Shown: in pieces, positions 1 to 9,124 of the stretch | Numbering within the stretch: position 1 is the stretch's first letter | How the letters are laid out: each line of letters starts with the position of its first letter | Assembly: GCA_964620965.1 (NCBI GenBank) | Contig: CAZUHV010000003.1 | Location: 12,777 to 76,776 of the forward strand | Origin: an uncultured Pseudomonadales bacterium | Lineage (GTDB): Bacteria; Patescibacteriota; Microgenomatia; UBA1400; PJMF01 | DNA length: 64,000 nucleotides | Reading direction: 5' to 3' | Translations under genes and position numbers: made by a program | The notes under the pieces: generated by a model | The model's database searches: none | Seen by the model: the letters and a program-made list of their open reading frames with translations, nothing else | Told to the model about the DNA's origin: nothing

Positions 1-351
1 TCTGCAACTTGTGAACCTGCTACAGTTGGACCAATGTGTAAAGATGTTGCAATCCTTTCACAGGATGGCACAGAACTTGATCCAAAACAATCTGGCTCTT
101 TCTATGTTGGACAAATCATTAAATTTAGATGTGCAGCAGATGATCCAACTAACTCACTCATTTCTAAATATCAATTTAGAATTACTGAACCAAGTGGGGC
201 TGTAATCGAAGGAACTGCAATTAATCCTGCAGGATCAAGCGCAGTTTCAAAAGATTATCAAATCAACTTGACTGGATCTTTCAAAGCACAATGTAGGATT
301 TGTCTCACAGACAACACCTGTCAACCTTATATAAATATTGGAGCAAACTAA
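1..351 (+). CDS. C-terminal fragment of a secreted Cys-containing protein; the gene begins upstream of the window
   Basis: Frame 1 is open from nt 1 with no upstream stop and ends TAA at 349-351. The translation contains several Cys. No family recognised. Confidence 0.4.
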   Translation, partial: SATCEPATVGPMCKDVAILSQDGTELDPKQSGSFYVGQIIKFRCAADDPTNSLISKYQFRITEPSGAVIEGTAINPAGSSAVSKDYQINLTGSFKAQCRICLTDNTCQPYINIGAN

Positions 352-369
352 CTAAGGATTAACTGAAGA

Positions 370-2421
370 ATGCAAAATACAACGTCACAACAACAAACTT
401 TTATGACAAAACCAGCAATGCCAGCTCCTGCTCCAACAGTGGATATGCCAAACGGCAACATGCCTCAGGCCCCAAAAAAGAAAATGAGCTTAAAACCTAA
501 ACAAATGTTCGCAGTTGTTGGTTTAGTACTCTTTTTAGTCGTAGCAGTCATGGGAGTCATGATTGCACAAAGACAGGTTGCGCAAAAAGGCGAAGATGTT
601 ACTCCAGTAGCACCAACTGCACCAGATTCCCAACCTTCAGCTTCAACCTACGAACCAAATAACTGTGCAACCATGTTCTTTGTTCCAGGTTCAGAAGGAG
701 TTTGTGATACTAAAAAAGCTCTTACAGACTTCACAGCTAATAAAGGAACCAATATTCCACCTGGAAGTAGCTTTAATGTTGGTGATGAGTTTGTGTTTAG
801 CATTACCATTAAACAACCTTCAAAAGGCACTGCAAAAGACGTCATAGTTGAAGATACCCTTCCAAACTCACTTCAATTTGTAAGCGGGCCTACCGGCACA
901 GTTCCTTACACTATTACTAATAACGGTCAAACAGTTACCGCAACTATCCCAGAAATGGGTCCAGAAAGCTCTGTAAAAGTTGAGTTCAAAGTCAAAGTTG
1001 CTCAAGGTAATTATGGCGACCACGTAAACACAGCTAAAGTTACCTCAACTGACATCGTACCAGAACCAGGTTCTTGTACTTATAGCTTTAAAACATTACT
1101 TGGTGTTACTGAGTGTGTATCCAAAGAATTATATGACACACGAGGACAGCTTGTTCCTGATGGCGGAGCTTTAACTAGAGGCAAAGAATACGAATACCGA
1201 GTTACTGTTAAAGCAACAAATCGATCTCTTGGAGAAGTAAAAATTCTTGATGAACTTCCAGAAGAGTTAGAATATGTCAGACCAGCTGCTGGTAGTGAAA
1301 AATACATTGTTAACGATCCAACAAGTGGAATCTTAACTGCAAACTTTGGAGTTCTTGAAGACGAAGAAATGACTCTTGGCTTCATCATGAAAGTTCCAGA
1401 AGATCTAGAACCTACTAAGTTTGAAAATATTGCAAAAGTATATGCTTTTCCAGTAAATTCAAGACAACCTGAACCACCTGCAAATGCAGACATCTGTTCT
1501 GTTGCACACACTATACTCCCTGTTGGAACTGCAGAATGTGTTTCAAAACAAGCATTTACTCAAAATGGTGTTGAGATTAAATCTGGATCAGAAATCAAAC
1601 CTGCACAGACCTTCATGTATAGAATTACAGTTCTTGCAGAACAAACCACAACTGGACCAGTTACAGTAAGCGACACTCTTCCAGCAGGAATCAACTTCAT
1701 AGAAGATCCTGACAATACTCCAGGAATATCCGAGAGTAATGGGGTTGTCACTATTGAACTTGGTCAAATGCAAAGTGGTGAAAGAAAAGTTGTTGAGTTC
1801 ATGGTTCAAGTTGTTGCTAATCCAACAGCTGAAACCTTCAAAAATGTCGCAACTATCACTACTGGAGGTTCAAGTGAAACAGAACATAAATGTGAGCTTC
1901 CTTTAGACCTGGATGTTGAGTACAGCTGTAACAGTGAATGTGATACCAACGCTGACTGTGCCGAAGCAGGAGATGATTTTATCTGTTACAACACTGGTGA
2001 CGGAAAATACTGTAGATTAGAAGAAAATCCAACTAATGTCAGTTGTCTACCACCTACAGCTCCTCCTACAACACCTCCACCTACTGGTACTCCAACTCCT
2101 ACACCTCCTACTGGTACTGGCACACCAATCCCTACCGGAACTCCAGCACCTACTGCTGTTGTAACTCCAGCACCTGGATGTGATGAGCTCTGTGTACAAA
2201 ACTCAGACTGTAGCAATATCGACCACATCTGTACAACAACAGCAGATGGAAGCATGAGATGTAGATTAGCAGAATACCCAACTTCAAACACCTGTACCAT
2301 TCCTGCTCAGCCTGCATTGCCTCCAGAGCTACCTGCAACAGGTCCTGCTGATTGGTTGAACTGGTTGAAAGCTGGACTTGTAACACTCGGTATAGGAACA
2401 GCACTCTTCTTACTCCTCTAA
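370..2421 (+). CDS. Cell-surface protein with N-terminal membrane anchor, three DUF11-type repeat domains, PT-rich linkers, two 6-Cys modules and a C-terminal LPATG sorting signal
   Basis: 683-aa ORF. A hydrophobic segment FAVVGLVLFLVVAVMGVMIA lies near the N-terminus. Three repeats of pattern V.V.DTLP..L.FV.. follow, each preceded by a C...EC/VC motif. Two modules C-x3-C-x5-C-x7-C-x7-C-R-x-C are present. The protein ends LPPELPATGPADWLNWLKAGLVTLGIGTALFLLL, i.e. LPATG plus a hydrophobic tail. Confidence 0.7.
   Translation: MQNTTSQQQTFMTKPAMPAPAPTVDMPNGNMPQAPKKKMSLKPKQMFAVVGLVLFLVVAVMGVMIAQRQVAQKGEDVTPVAPTAPDSQPSASTYEPNNCATMFFVPGSEGVCDTKKALTDFTANKGTNIPPGSSFNVGDEFVFSITIKQPSKGTAKDVIVEDTLPNSLQFVSGPTGTVPYTITNNGQTVTATIPEMGPESSVKVEFKVKVAQGNYGDHVNTAKVTSTDIVPEPGSCTYSFKTLLGVTECVSKELYDTRGQLVPDGGALTRGKEYEYRVTVKATNRSLGEVKILDELPEELEYVRPAAGSEKYIVNDPTSGILTANFGVLEDEEMTLGFIMKVPEDLEPTKFENIAKVYAFPVNSRQPEPPANADICSVAHTILPVGTAECVSKQAFTQNGVEIKSGSEIKPAQTFMYRITVLAEQTTTGPVTVSDTLPAGINFIEDPDNTPGISESNGVVTIELGQMQSGERKVVEFMVQVVANPTAETFKNVATITTGGSSETEHKCELPLDLDVEYSCNSECDTNADCAEAGDDFICYNTGDGKYCRLEENPTNVSCLPPTAPPTTPPPTGTPTPTPPTGTGTPIPTGTPAPTAVVTPAPGCDELCVQNSDCSNIDHICTTTADGSMRCRLAEYPTSNTCTIPAQPALPPELPATGPADWLNWLKAGLVTLGIGTALFLLL
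2041..2160 (+). repeat. Coding Pro/Thr-rich linker (PTAPPTTPPPTGTPTPTPPTGTGTPIPTGTPAPT) giving a low-complexity DNA repeat
   Basis: Direct reading of reiterated cct/aca/act/cca codons inside CDS 370..2421. Confidence 0.6.
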
Positions 2422-2444
2422 AGAGTAATAGAAATAGAAAATCA

Positions 2445-2474
2445 AAACCCCGAATGAAAGTTCGGGGTTTTTTT
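2445..2474 (+). terminator. Rho-independent terminator after the first surface-protein gene
   Basis: aaaccccgaa-tgaaag-ttcggggttt hairpin followed by a T-run, about 25 nt after the stop codon. Confidence 0.6.
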
Positions 2475-2596
2475 GATACTTCAACCTTTACATAAATTGC
2501 TCGTTGACCTCTAGAGTTTTATTCATGTATCATGAGTACAAGGCTTGTTTTAGCTTGCCAATTTGTTTTGTAAAAAAATAAAAAGAAATTTATAAA

Positions 2597-5161
2597 ATGA
2601 TCAATGCATCCGGAGGTTCTCTTCCAACCCAATCAACAAATTCTAATAGTGATTCAACAACACCTGTTGTACCTACTCCAGGACCGGGCTTTCCAACCCA
2701 CAACCCAGCAGTACAACATAAACAATTTATGACTCCAGCAACTCCTATAGGAGGATCTCCTGCAACAGTTAACTCTGCTCCAAGAAATCCAGCTACCACA
2801 GCTCCTGTTCCAAATCCAATGGGAGCAGTTCCTCCTGCACCTCCAAAATTCCCTGATCCAACCAAAAACCTAGTTAGAGTAACTGATGAAGGAACTGATA
2901 CTGTTCCAGGTGGATCAGATGGCAAAGGTGACACGACCAAACCAAAAAGCAAGTTAAATTTAAAACTTATTATTGGTGTTGCCGTTTTACTTCTTGTGAT
3001 TCTTGGTTCAGGAGTGGGTTTTTACCTTTCTCAACAACAACAAGAAATTAGACAACAGGCATATATTGGAAATACATGTAATGTAGATTTTGATTGTAAT
3101 GGTCCTGGAAATACACTTAGATCAAATATCAATGTGCCTGAATACTGTAACAATGGAGTATGTAGTACTACTCCTCCAGCAGGAGCAACTTGTCCAAATC
3201 CTCCACATCTTCCAAGAGTGTGGTGTGCAACGTTTAACTGTCCAAATGGTGATACTACTGGTGATGGAGAATGTAATGTAGATGACCAAGGAGCTAGCTA
3301 CACAATTGGTGGAACTGAATGTTCAAATCCTTCATCTGGTTGTGGTCAGGTCGACTACTATTCAGGTGGAACACCAGGTCAAAGTTGGGATCAATACTGT
3401 GGACATACATTCCTTGAGCTTGATTGTGGCGGTGGCGGTACCCCTACCCCTACGCCAACTGCTACCCCTACACCTACCCCTACACCTGGTACGCTCTCTT
3501 GTAATAGTGTTTGTACTGTCGGCGGTCAAGCTTGCCCATCTGGTACGCAATGTATGATCACCTATAACTTTAGCCCAGCATTTGAAAATGTCACTTCAAC
3601 AGTTTCTAATGTTGGAACCGGTACTATTACTGGATTTAAATCTTTTGTCAGAAATGGCATCGTTGAACAGTATCTCATCAGAGGTGGCCAAATCTGGTAC
3701 AGACCTAATTTCACAACAGCATGGTCAAACGTAACCTCTAATGTTTCTAACGTTGGTACTGGTACCATAACCTCATTTAGTGCCTTTGTTAATACCTCAG
3801 GTGCTGTTGAACAGTACCTCATCAGAGGTGGTCAAATCTGGTACAGACCTAATTTAACTGCTACAACCTGGCAGAATGTAACAGGAAACGTAACAAATAT
3901 AGGTTCAGGTACTATTGATAGTTACAACGCAGATAAATATGCTCCAGGACATGGAAACATCGTCTCTGCATACCTTATTAGAGGAGGAAAAATCTGGCAT
4001 CACACCAGTTCTAACTGGAACCTTTGGCAAGATGTTACCTCTAATGTTTCAAATGTTGGAACAGGTGCTATGACTGACATCTCTTTCCATGTTAACCCAG
4101 ATGGCAGCTTGAGACACCACTTTGTAAGAGGTGGCCAAATCTGGTCAAGAATTGCACCACAAGCAGCAGAGAACCGTTGTAGACTTGCTACATATCCAAA
4201 CTCAGGTAGTTGTCAACCTCCTGCACCAACACCTACAAACACCCCTACTCCAACACCTACAGCAACGCCTACACCTACCCCAACGGCGACACCTACACCT
4301 ACCCCAACTCCTACGCCTGTACCACTCACTTGTAATGCAACCTGTAACCCAAGTGACCTTGTAGATCAGTGTACATTGGCAAATGCAAGTTGGTCTTGTG
4401 ATGCTACAACAAGTAAATGTAGAAGAACAGATAACCCAACTTCTGCTACCTGTGAGCTGCCTCCATTAACCTGTAATGCAACCTGTAATCCTGAGTCAAG
4501 ACTCGACAGATGTACAGCTGCAAATGACAAGTGGTTCTGTGATCCAGCAACAAGCACTTGTAGATTTGAAGAAAACCCAACCTCTACTACCTGTCAACCT
4601 CCTACAGGAGCAGTTGCATGTAATGGAAGTTGTACTTCAGATGCACAATGTCAATTGACCAGCGACCGTTACAGCTGTGACACAACAACAAATACATGTA
4701 GATTGACCAGTAATCCAACTTCTACTACTTGTGAACCTGTGCCACCAAAATGTAACGAAACCTGTACTTCAAATGCACAATGTATTCAAGGAAATGCAAA
4801 CCATATTTGTGACGAAACAACAGGCACATGTAGACTCAACAGCAATCCAGGAGACGCAAACTGTCAACCTCCTGCAGCTACACCTACCCCAACTCCAACA
4901 GTTGGCTGTAATGATGCTTGTGTAACAAATGCTGACTGTTCAGATACAAATCACATTTGTACCACTACAGAAGATGGCTCTATGAAATGTAGATTAGCAA
5001 GCTACCCAACTTCAACAAGTTGTACCTTGCCAGCTTCTGCAACAGCACAACCTACATTGCCTCCAGAATTACCTGCAACAGGTCCTGCTGATTGGTTGAA
5101 CTGGTTCAAAGCAGGCTTAGTAACACTTGGACTTGGAGCAGCACTCTTCTTCTTACTCTAG
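2597..5161 (+). CDS. Large cell-surface protein: Pro-rich N-terminus, one TM segment, Cys-rich region, four ~50-aa tandem repeats, PT linkers, five 6-Cys modules and a C-terminal LPATG sorting signal
   Basis: 854-aa ORF with TM segment LIIGVAVLLLVILGSGVGFYL. Four repeats match W..VT.NVSNVGTG.I......YLIRGGQIW. Five ~40-aa modules resemble CNATCNPSDLVDQCTLANASWSCDATTSKCRRTDNPTSATC. The C-terminus LPPELPATGPADWLNWFKAGLVTLGLGAALFFLL is nearly identical to that of the upstream paralog. Confidence 0.7.
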   Translation: MINASGGSLPTQSTNSNSDSTTPVVPTPGPGFPTHNPAVQHKQFMTPATPIGGSPATVNSAPRNPATTAPVPNPMGAVPPAPPKFPDPTKNLVRVTDEGTDTVPGGSDGKGDTTKPKSKLNLKLIIGVAVLLLVILGSGVGFYLSQQQQEIRQQAYIGNTCNVDFDCNGPGNTLRSNINVPEYCNNGVCSTTPPAGATCPNPPHLPRVWCATFNCPNGDTTGDGECNVDDQGASYTIGGTECSNPSSGCGQVDYYSGGTPGQSWDQYCGHTFLELDCGGGGTPTPTPTATPTPTPTPGTLSCNSVCTVGGQACPSGTQCMITYNFSPAFENVTSTVSNVGTGTITGFKSFVRNGIVEQYLIRGGQIWYRPNFTTAWSNVTSNVSNVGTGTITSFSAFVNTSGAVEQYLIRGGQIWYRPNLTATTWQNVTGNVTNIGSGTIDSYNADKYAPGHGNIVSAYLIRGGKIWHHTSSNWNLWQDVTSNVSNVGTGAMTDISFHVNPDGSLRHHFVRGGQIWSRIAPQAAENRCRLATYPNSGSCQPPAPTPTNTPTPTPTATPTPTPTATPTPTPTPTPVPLTCNATCNPSDLVDQCTLANASWSCDATTSKCRRTDNPTSATCELPPLTCNATCNPESRLDRCTAANDKWFCDPATSTCRFEENPTSTTCQPPTGAVACNGSCTSDAQCQLTSDRYSCDTTTNTCRLTSNPTSTTCEPVPPKCNETCTSNAQCIQGNANHICDETTGTCRLNSNPGDANCQPPAATPTPTPTVGCNDACVTNADCSDTNHICTTTEDGSMKCRLASYPTSTSCTLPASATAQPTLPPELPATGPADWLNWFKAGLVTLGLGAALFFLL
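3575..4170 (+). repeat. Four tandem ~150-nt coding repeats (VTSNVSNVGTGTIT...YLIRGGQIWYRPN units)
   Basis: Repeated nucleotide blocks gtaacctctaatgtttctaacgttggtactggtacc, with variants starting near 3590, 3731, 3878 and 4036. Confidence 0.6.
4219..4325 (+). repeat. Coding PT-rich linker (TPTPTPTATPTPTPTATPTPTPTPTP)
   Basis: Reiterated acc/cct/aca/cct codons; a shorter copy lies at 3433-3490. Confidence 0.6.
4331..5015 (+). repeat. Array of five tandem ~40-aa six-cysteine modules (coding repeat)
   Basis: Pattern C-x3-C-x5-6-C-x6-8-C-x5-7-C-R-x7-9-C repeated five times. Two further copies occur in CDS 370..2421 (about nt 1921-2046 and 2176-2295). Confidence 0.6.
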
Positions 5162-5186
5162 TGTTCTGAAAAAAATAAAAATATAA

Positions 5187-5220
5187 GCACCTCGAAATGT
5201 ATTTCGAGGTGCTTTTGCTT
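5187..5220 (+). terminator. Rho-independent terminator after the second surface-protein gene
   Basis: gcacctcgaaat-gt-atttcgaggtgc hairpin followed by ttttgctttt. Confidence 0.55.
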
Positions 5221-5290
5221 TTAACACTAAAAATTTCAAAAAAAGACCCTTCACAAACATACATCTGTGAAAGGTCTCCTTTTGAATATG

Positions 5291-5363
5291 TGAGTCGGGA
5301 GGGACTCGAACCCCCGACCAGTGAGGTATAAGCTCACCGCTCTACCAACTGAGCTACCGACTC
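5291..5363 (-). tRNA. tRNA, hand-folded anticodon loop CUUAUAC, anticodon UAU (Ile, AUA-reading)
   Basis: The reverse complement folds as a cloverleaf: acceptor GAGTCGG/CCGACTC, D-arm GCTC-AGTTGGTA-GAGC, anticodon stem GTGAG/CTCAC with loop CTTATAC, and T-arm GGGGG-TTCGAGT-CCCTC. It is 73 nt with no encoded CCA. The anticodon call rests on the manual fold only. Confidence 0.7.
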
Positions 5364-5538
5364 ATAACTTAGTTATTCGCCTCTTATCAATAAAAAATAG
5401 ACGAATGTTGGTAATATCTTCTCTGCTAAAATTCCAGAAAAATCCGCGAAAAAAAACAAAAAAGATATACAAGCATTATATACCACGAAACCACATCTGC
5501 AATTGGCACTGAAGGTTATCCCAGATCAAATTATGTTG

Positions 5539-5544
5539 TATAAT
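5539..5544 (+). promoter_or_regulatory. Possible -10 element (TATAAT) upstream of the efflux operon
   Basis: Exact TATAAT about 45 nt upstream of the ATG at 5590. No convincing -35 was seen. Confidence 0.25.
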
Positions 5545-5589
5545 AAGGTTCTAGAAAAATGTGTACCTCTATACAATTAGAAAATCAAA

Positions 5590-6624
5590 ATGAAATCAAA
5601 GGTTAGATCACTCATTAGTTTACTTAAAAAGAAATGGAAACTCGTTCTTGTCATCCTCATAGTCTTGGGAATTGTGCTACTAGTTGTCAATTCGAAAAAT
5701 AAAAATAAAGTTGTACTCGTTTTTGAAAAACCAATCACCCAATCAATCACAAAAACACTTGATGTTTCTGGACATGTAGATGCAAAAGAAAAAGTAAGAC
5801 TACGTTTTCCTGCAGGTGGGAAATTAACCTATGTGGGCGCAAAAGAAGGTGATACAGTTAAAAAATGGCAAACAGTTGCAGCTATAGACAAAGCAACTTT
5901 ACAGAAACAACTTGATCAAGACTTAAATAACTACATGAAAGAACGCTGGGACTGGGAAGAAGTTGTTGATGAAAACAGAGATCAGGCACTTACTCTTTCT
6001 GAAAGACGCAGCCAAGATAAGGATCAATGGGATCTTACTAACACTGTTCTCACTGTCGAAATTCGTGACTTAGCACTACAAAACACCTCTTTGTACTCTC
6101 CTTTTGAGGGAATTTTAACCACTGCTCCAACGTCTGTCACAGGAATGCAGGTCCTCGCAACTGATTACTTTGAAATTGTTAATCCAAACACATTAGTTTT
6201 TAGAGCTGCAGTAGATGAATCGGATATTTCAAGTATTGTTGTAGGTCAAAAAGCAACTTTAGTTTTAGACGCATTTGAAGATATTGAAATCAATACAGAA
6301 GTCTCTTATGTAAGCTACACAAGCACAGAAGCCAGTAGCGGAACCTCATTTATTGTAGAGTTTCCACTCTCTCAAACAGAAATTGAGCAAATCCTTAGAA
6401 TTGGTATGAATGGAGACATTAAAATTCTTTTGGAAGAAAAAGAAAATGTACTTACAATTCCATCAATCGCTTTGATCGAAAGAGACGGAATAACCTATGT
6501 AATGGTTAAATCTGGTGAAAATAAATCTGAAGAAAGAGAAGTTGAAATTGGATTAGAAACAGACGAAACTGTCGAGGTCATTTCTGGACTTTCTGAATCA
6601 GATGAGGTCGTCATACCTGAATAA
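5590..6624 (+). CDS. HlyD/MacA-family periplasmic adaptor (membrane fusion) protein
   Basis: N-terminal TM segment LVLVILIVLGIVLLVV. A lipoyl-like beta-hairpin segment GHVDAKEKVRLRFPAGGKLTYVGAKEGDTVKKWQTVAAID is followed by coiled-coil and beta-barrel regions. The gene is immediately followed by a MacB-type ATPase and an FtsX-type permease. Confidence 0.65.
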   Translation: MKSKVRSLISLLKKKWKLVLVILIVLGIVLLVVNSKNKNKVVLVFEKPITQSITKTLDVSGHVDAKEKVRLRFPAGGKLTYVGAKEGDTVKKWQTVAAIDKATLQKQLDQDLNNYMKERWDWEEVVDENRDQALTLSERRSQDKDQWDLTNTVLTVEIRDLALQNTSLYSPFEGILTTAPTSVTGMQVLATDYFEIVNPNTLVFRAAVDESDISSIVVGQKATLVLDAFEDIEINTEVSYVSYTSTEASSGTSFIVEFPLSQTEIEQILRIGMNGDIKILLEEKENVLTIPSIALIERDGITYVMVKSGENKSEEREVEIGLETDETVEVISGLSESDEVVIPE

Positions 6625-6625
6625 T

Positions 6626-7348
6626 ATGTTACTAAGCTTACAAGAAGTTTCCAAACATTATCAAATGGGCTCTACTCTAACGAAAGCTCTTAACAAGGTA
6701 AATTTTGAGGTTGAAGAAGGTGAGTTTATTGCAATCATGGGTCCTTCTGGATCTGGAAAATCAACATTCTTGCAGGTTGCAAGCATGCTCGCAGAACCTA
6801 CTTCAGGAAAAATTATTCTTAAAGACAAAGATGTTACTGCTTACAACGAAATAGAGCGTGCACGCCTTCGAAATAAAGAAATTGGCTTTATCTTTCAACA
6901 ATTTAACCTACTTCCAAGAACTTCGGCAATTGATAATGCGCGCTTACCTCTTTTATATGCAAATGTTCCACACAAAGAACAAATGCAACGAGCAATAAAA
7001 ATCTTGGAGGATGTTGGACTTGGAGACAAACTGCAAAACACCCCTGCTCAACTTTCTGGTGGACAACAACAACGTGTCGCAATTGCTCGAGCACTTATAA
7101 ACGATCCTGCTATCATTTTTGCTGATGAGCCAACCGGAAATTTAGATACAAAAAGTGGCCAAGAGATTATGGACATGCTTACAAAGCTCCATTCTGAAGG
7201 AAAAACCATTATCATGGTGACACATGAAGAAGATATTGCAAGTTGTGCTCAAAGACAAATTAAGTTTAAAGATGGACAAATCATCTCTGATACAAAATCA
7301 AAAAATGTAGTTTGTAAGATAGATAAAAAGAAAAAAAAGAGAAAATAA
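6626..7348 (+). CDS. ABC transporter ATP-binding protein, MacB/LolD family
   Basis: Walker [11 protein letters not shown]-loop, ABC signature [15 protein letters not shown], Walker [13 protein letters not shown] and an H-loop. The ORF track starts at 6602 (MRSSYLNN); the ATG at 6626 ([12 protein letters not shown]) matches the family N-terminus better. Confidence 0.85.
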   Translation: MLLSLQEVSKHYQMGSTLTKALNKVNFEVEEGEFIAIMGPSGSGKSTFLQVASMLAEPTSGKIILKDKDVTAYNEIERARLRNKEIGFIFQQFNLLPRTSAIDNARLPLLYANVPHKEQMQRAIKILEDVGLGDKLQNTPAQLSGGQQQRVAIARALINDPAIIFADEPTGNLDTKSGQEIMDMLTKLHSEGKTIIMVTHEEDIASCAQRQIKFKDGQIISDTKSKNVVCKIDKKKKKRK

Positions 7349-7356
7349 AAAAATAG

Positions 7357-8580
7357 TTGAGGCTTTTTACAATGGAAAATATTTTAAAAATAGCTTTAAA
7401 AGCCATTATGGTAAACAAATCCAGATCTATCCTTACGATGCTTGGGGTGATCATTGGTGTTGGTTCCGTTGTATTACTTACATCTATTGGAAATGGATTA
7501 AAAGCATACGTTGCCGACCAATTTGACCAACTAGGTGCAAACACCATTATTATTCTTCCAGGAGACCCATTTGGCGAAGGTGGAGGCTTTAGTAGAGAAC
7601 AACAAATCAGTGCTGTCTCAAACTCAAAACTTGAAATGGAAGACGTGAGCGATATTAAAAAAATCAGGGAATTTGTAAAAACCGCTATTCCATTTACAAC
7701 AATATCAGAAAAAATTTCCTATCGTGGAGAAGAAAAAAGTATTAGCATCATCGGCTCAACGGAGGAATATCCAGAGGTACAATCAAATGTAAAGATCGGA
7801 AAAGGTAGATTTTACACAAAAACAGAAAACAGTTCTAGAGAAAAAGTAATCGTGCTTGGTTTTGATGTCGCTGAAGAACTTTTTGGTAATATTGACCCAA
7901 TTGGAAAAACTGTTCGACTTGGAAGTCAAAACTTTAAAGTCATTGGTGTTCAAGAAAAGGTCGGTGGTGGTTTTGGAGGACCTTCATTTGACACATACGT
8001 CTTTATTCCTATCGAAACATACTTCAAACAATACGATACCAAAAAAATTATTGAAATCATTGTAAAAACAAAATCAACTGAAAATATTCCTGAATCAATC
8101 TCTGCAATTGAAAAACAAATGGGTAAAAAATACGATTCTGATGAGTTCTCTGTTGTTGATCAATCTCAGATTCTAGATACGATTAACGAAATTTTAGGAA
8201 TTTTGACAATTGGACTTGGCGGAATTGCAAGTATTTCTCTAGTTGTTGGCGGGATTGGAATTATGAACATTATGCTTGTTTCTGTCACCGAAAGAACTAG
8301 AGAAATTGGTTTAAGAAAAGCACTTGGAGCAACACCAAACTTGATTTTACTACAATTTTTAGTTGAAGCTGCCATTCTTTCAATTCTTGGGGGCCTTATT
8401 GGTCTTGTAATTGCCTACTTTGGAACCCTAGCAATGCAAATTTACTTCCCAGCAAAAGTTACCACGAGTGCAGTGATTATGGCATTTGGTGTTTCTACTG
8501 CTGTCGGGCTTATTTTTGGAGCTGCTCCAGCAAGAAGAGCTTCACAACTTTCCCCTATTGAAGCTTTGCGATACGAATAA
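7357..8580 (+). CDS. ABC transporter permease, MacB/FtsX family (MacB-type periplasmic domain plus four TM segments)
   Basis: N-terminal TM segment, then a large periplasmic domain, then a C-terminal FtsX-like four-helix bundle (LVSVTERTREIGLRKALGA motif). Confidence 0.8.
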   Translation: MRLFTMENILKIALKAIMVNKSRSILTMLGVIIGVGSVVLLTSIGNGLKAYVADQFDQLGANTIIILPGDPFGEGGGFSREQQISAVSNSKLEMEDVSDIKKIREFVKTAIPFTTISEKISYRGEEKSISIIGSTEEYPEVQSNVKIGKGRFYTKTENSSREKVIVLGFDVAEELFGNIDPIGKTVRLGSQNFKVIGVQEKVGGGFGGPSFDTYVFIPIETYFKQYDTKKIIEIIVKTKSTENIPESISAIEKQMGKKYDSDEFSVVDQSQILDTINEILGILTIGLGGIASISLVVGGIGIMNIMLVSVTERTREIGLRKALGATPNLILLQFLVEAAILSILGGLIGLVIAYFGTLAMQIYFPAKVTTSAVIMAFGVSTAVGLIFGAAPARRASQLSPIEALRYE

Positions 8581-8641
8581 GAACTGCCCTCTGGCATACC
8601 CTCTCGCCAATATCTAGATCAAGCTGTATACTGAAATTATT

Positions 8642-9058
8642 ATGTTTTCGTTCGTAAAAACAAAATTATTTTTATTCATTCTGCTTGCAGCAATAGTTGG
8701 AACTTTTTACTACTTTGGAGATCCTCAAAAACTCATCGGAACTATCGTTCCCAAACTAAAAGCAACTCCATTAGCACCGGCCGTTGAAAAAATAGAACAT
8801 ATTGATACTCAAGAAATAACAAAAAGCTTCCAACAAGGTGTAAAAAACGCAGAATCAGAAATTACTGGTCTTTCGCAAAGAACTACAGAAGTTAGCGAAC
8901 ATGCAGGAAACGTACTAGGATCTTCTATTGAACCAGCCCCTGAAGGAAATTCAACTCCTATTCATGAAAAAGCATTTGAATATGGGAAATATATTTACTG
9001 CAAACAAGTTGTTGATGATTATGAAACAATCAACCCTTCATTAAAAGAGAAAAATTAG
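8642..9058 (+). CDS. Hypothetical exported or membrane-anchored protein
   Basis: 138-aa ORF with N-terminal hydrophobic segment LFLFILLAAIVGTFYYF. No family recognised. Confidence 0.4.
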   Translation: MFSFVKTKLFLFILLAAIVGTFYYFGDPQKLIGTIVPKLKATPLAPAVEKIEHIDTQEITKSFQQGVKNAESEITGLSQRTTEVSEHAGNVLGSSIEPAPEGNSTPIHEKAFEYGKYIYCKQVVDDYETINPSLKEKN

Positions 9059-9124
9059 AACAATTTTTTCACAAATAACCTGCTAAAAAAGCATAACCCA
9101 AGAAAAGCTAAACAATTTTTCGAT

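Noticed and set aside
1986-2952. Minus-strand ORFs 1986-2300 (104 aa, GVGVPVGGG-rich) and 2590-2952 (120 aa, Pro/Gly-rich)
   Set aside because: They are antisense shadows of the PT-rich and Pro-rich coding repeats in the two surface-protein genes. The low-complexity translations are an artefact of complementary repeat codons.
3562-3822. Minus-strand 86-aa ORF with an internal duplication
   Set aside because: It lies antisense to the NVSNVGTG tandem repeat of CDS 2597-5161. Its internal repeat simply mirrors the sense-strand repeat.
2041-4325. Short direct DNA repeats (cct aca cct ...) as possible CRISPR or VNTR elements
   Set aside because: They are in-frame Pro/Thr codon reiterations inside CDSs. 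Repeat units are 6-12 nt, far below CRISPR repeat size, and no spacers exist. No CRISPR array was found anywhere in the window.
5321-5512. 63-aa plus-strand ORF in the intergenic region
   Set aside because: It overlaps the minus-strand tRNA, and the translation is a low-complexity K/R-rich read-through of AT-rich DNA.
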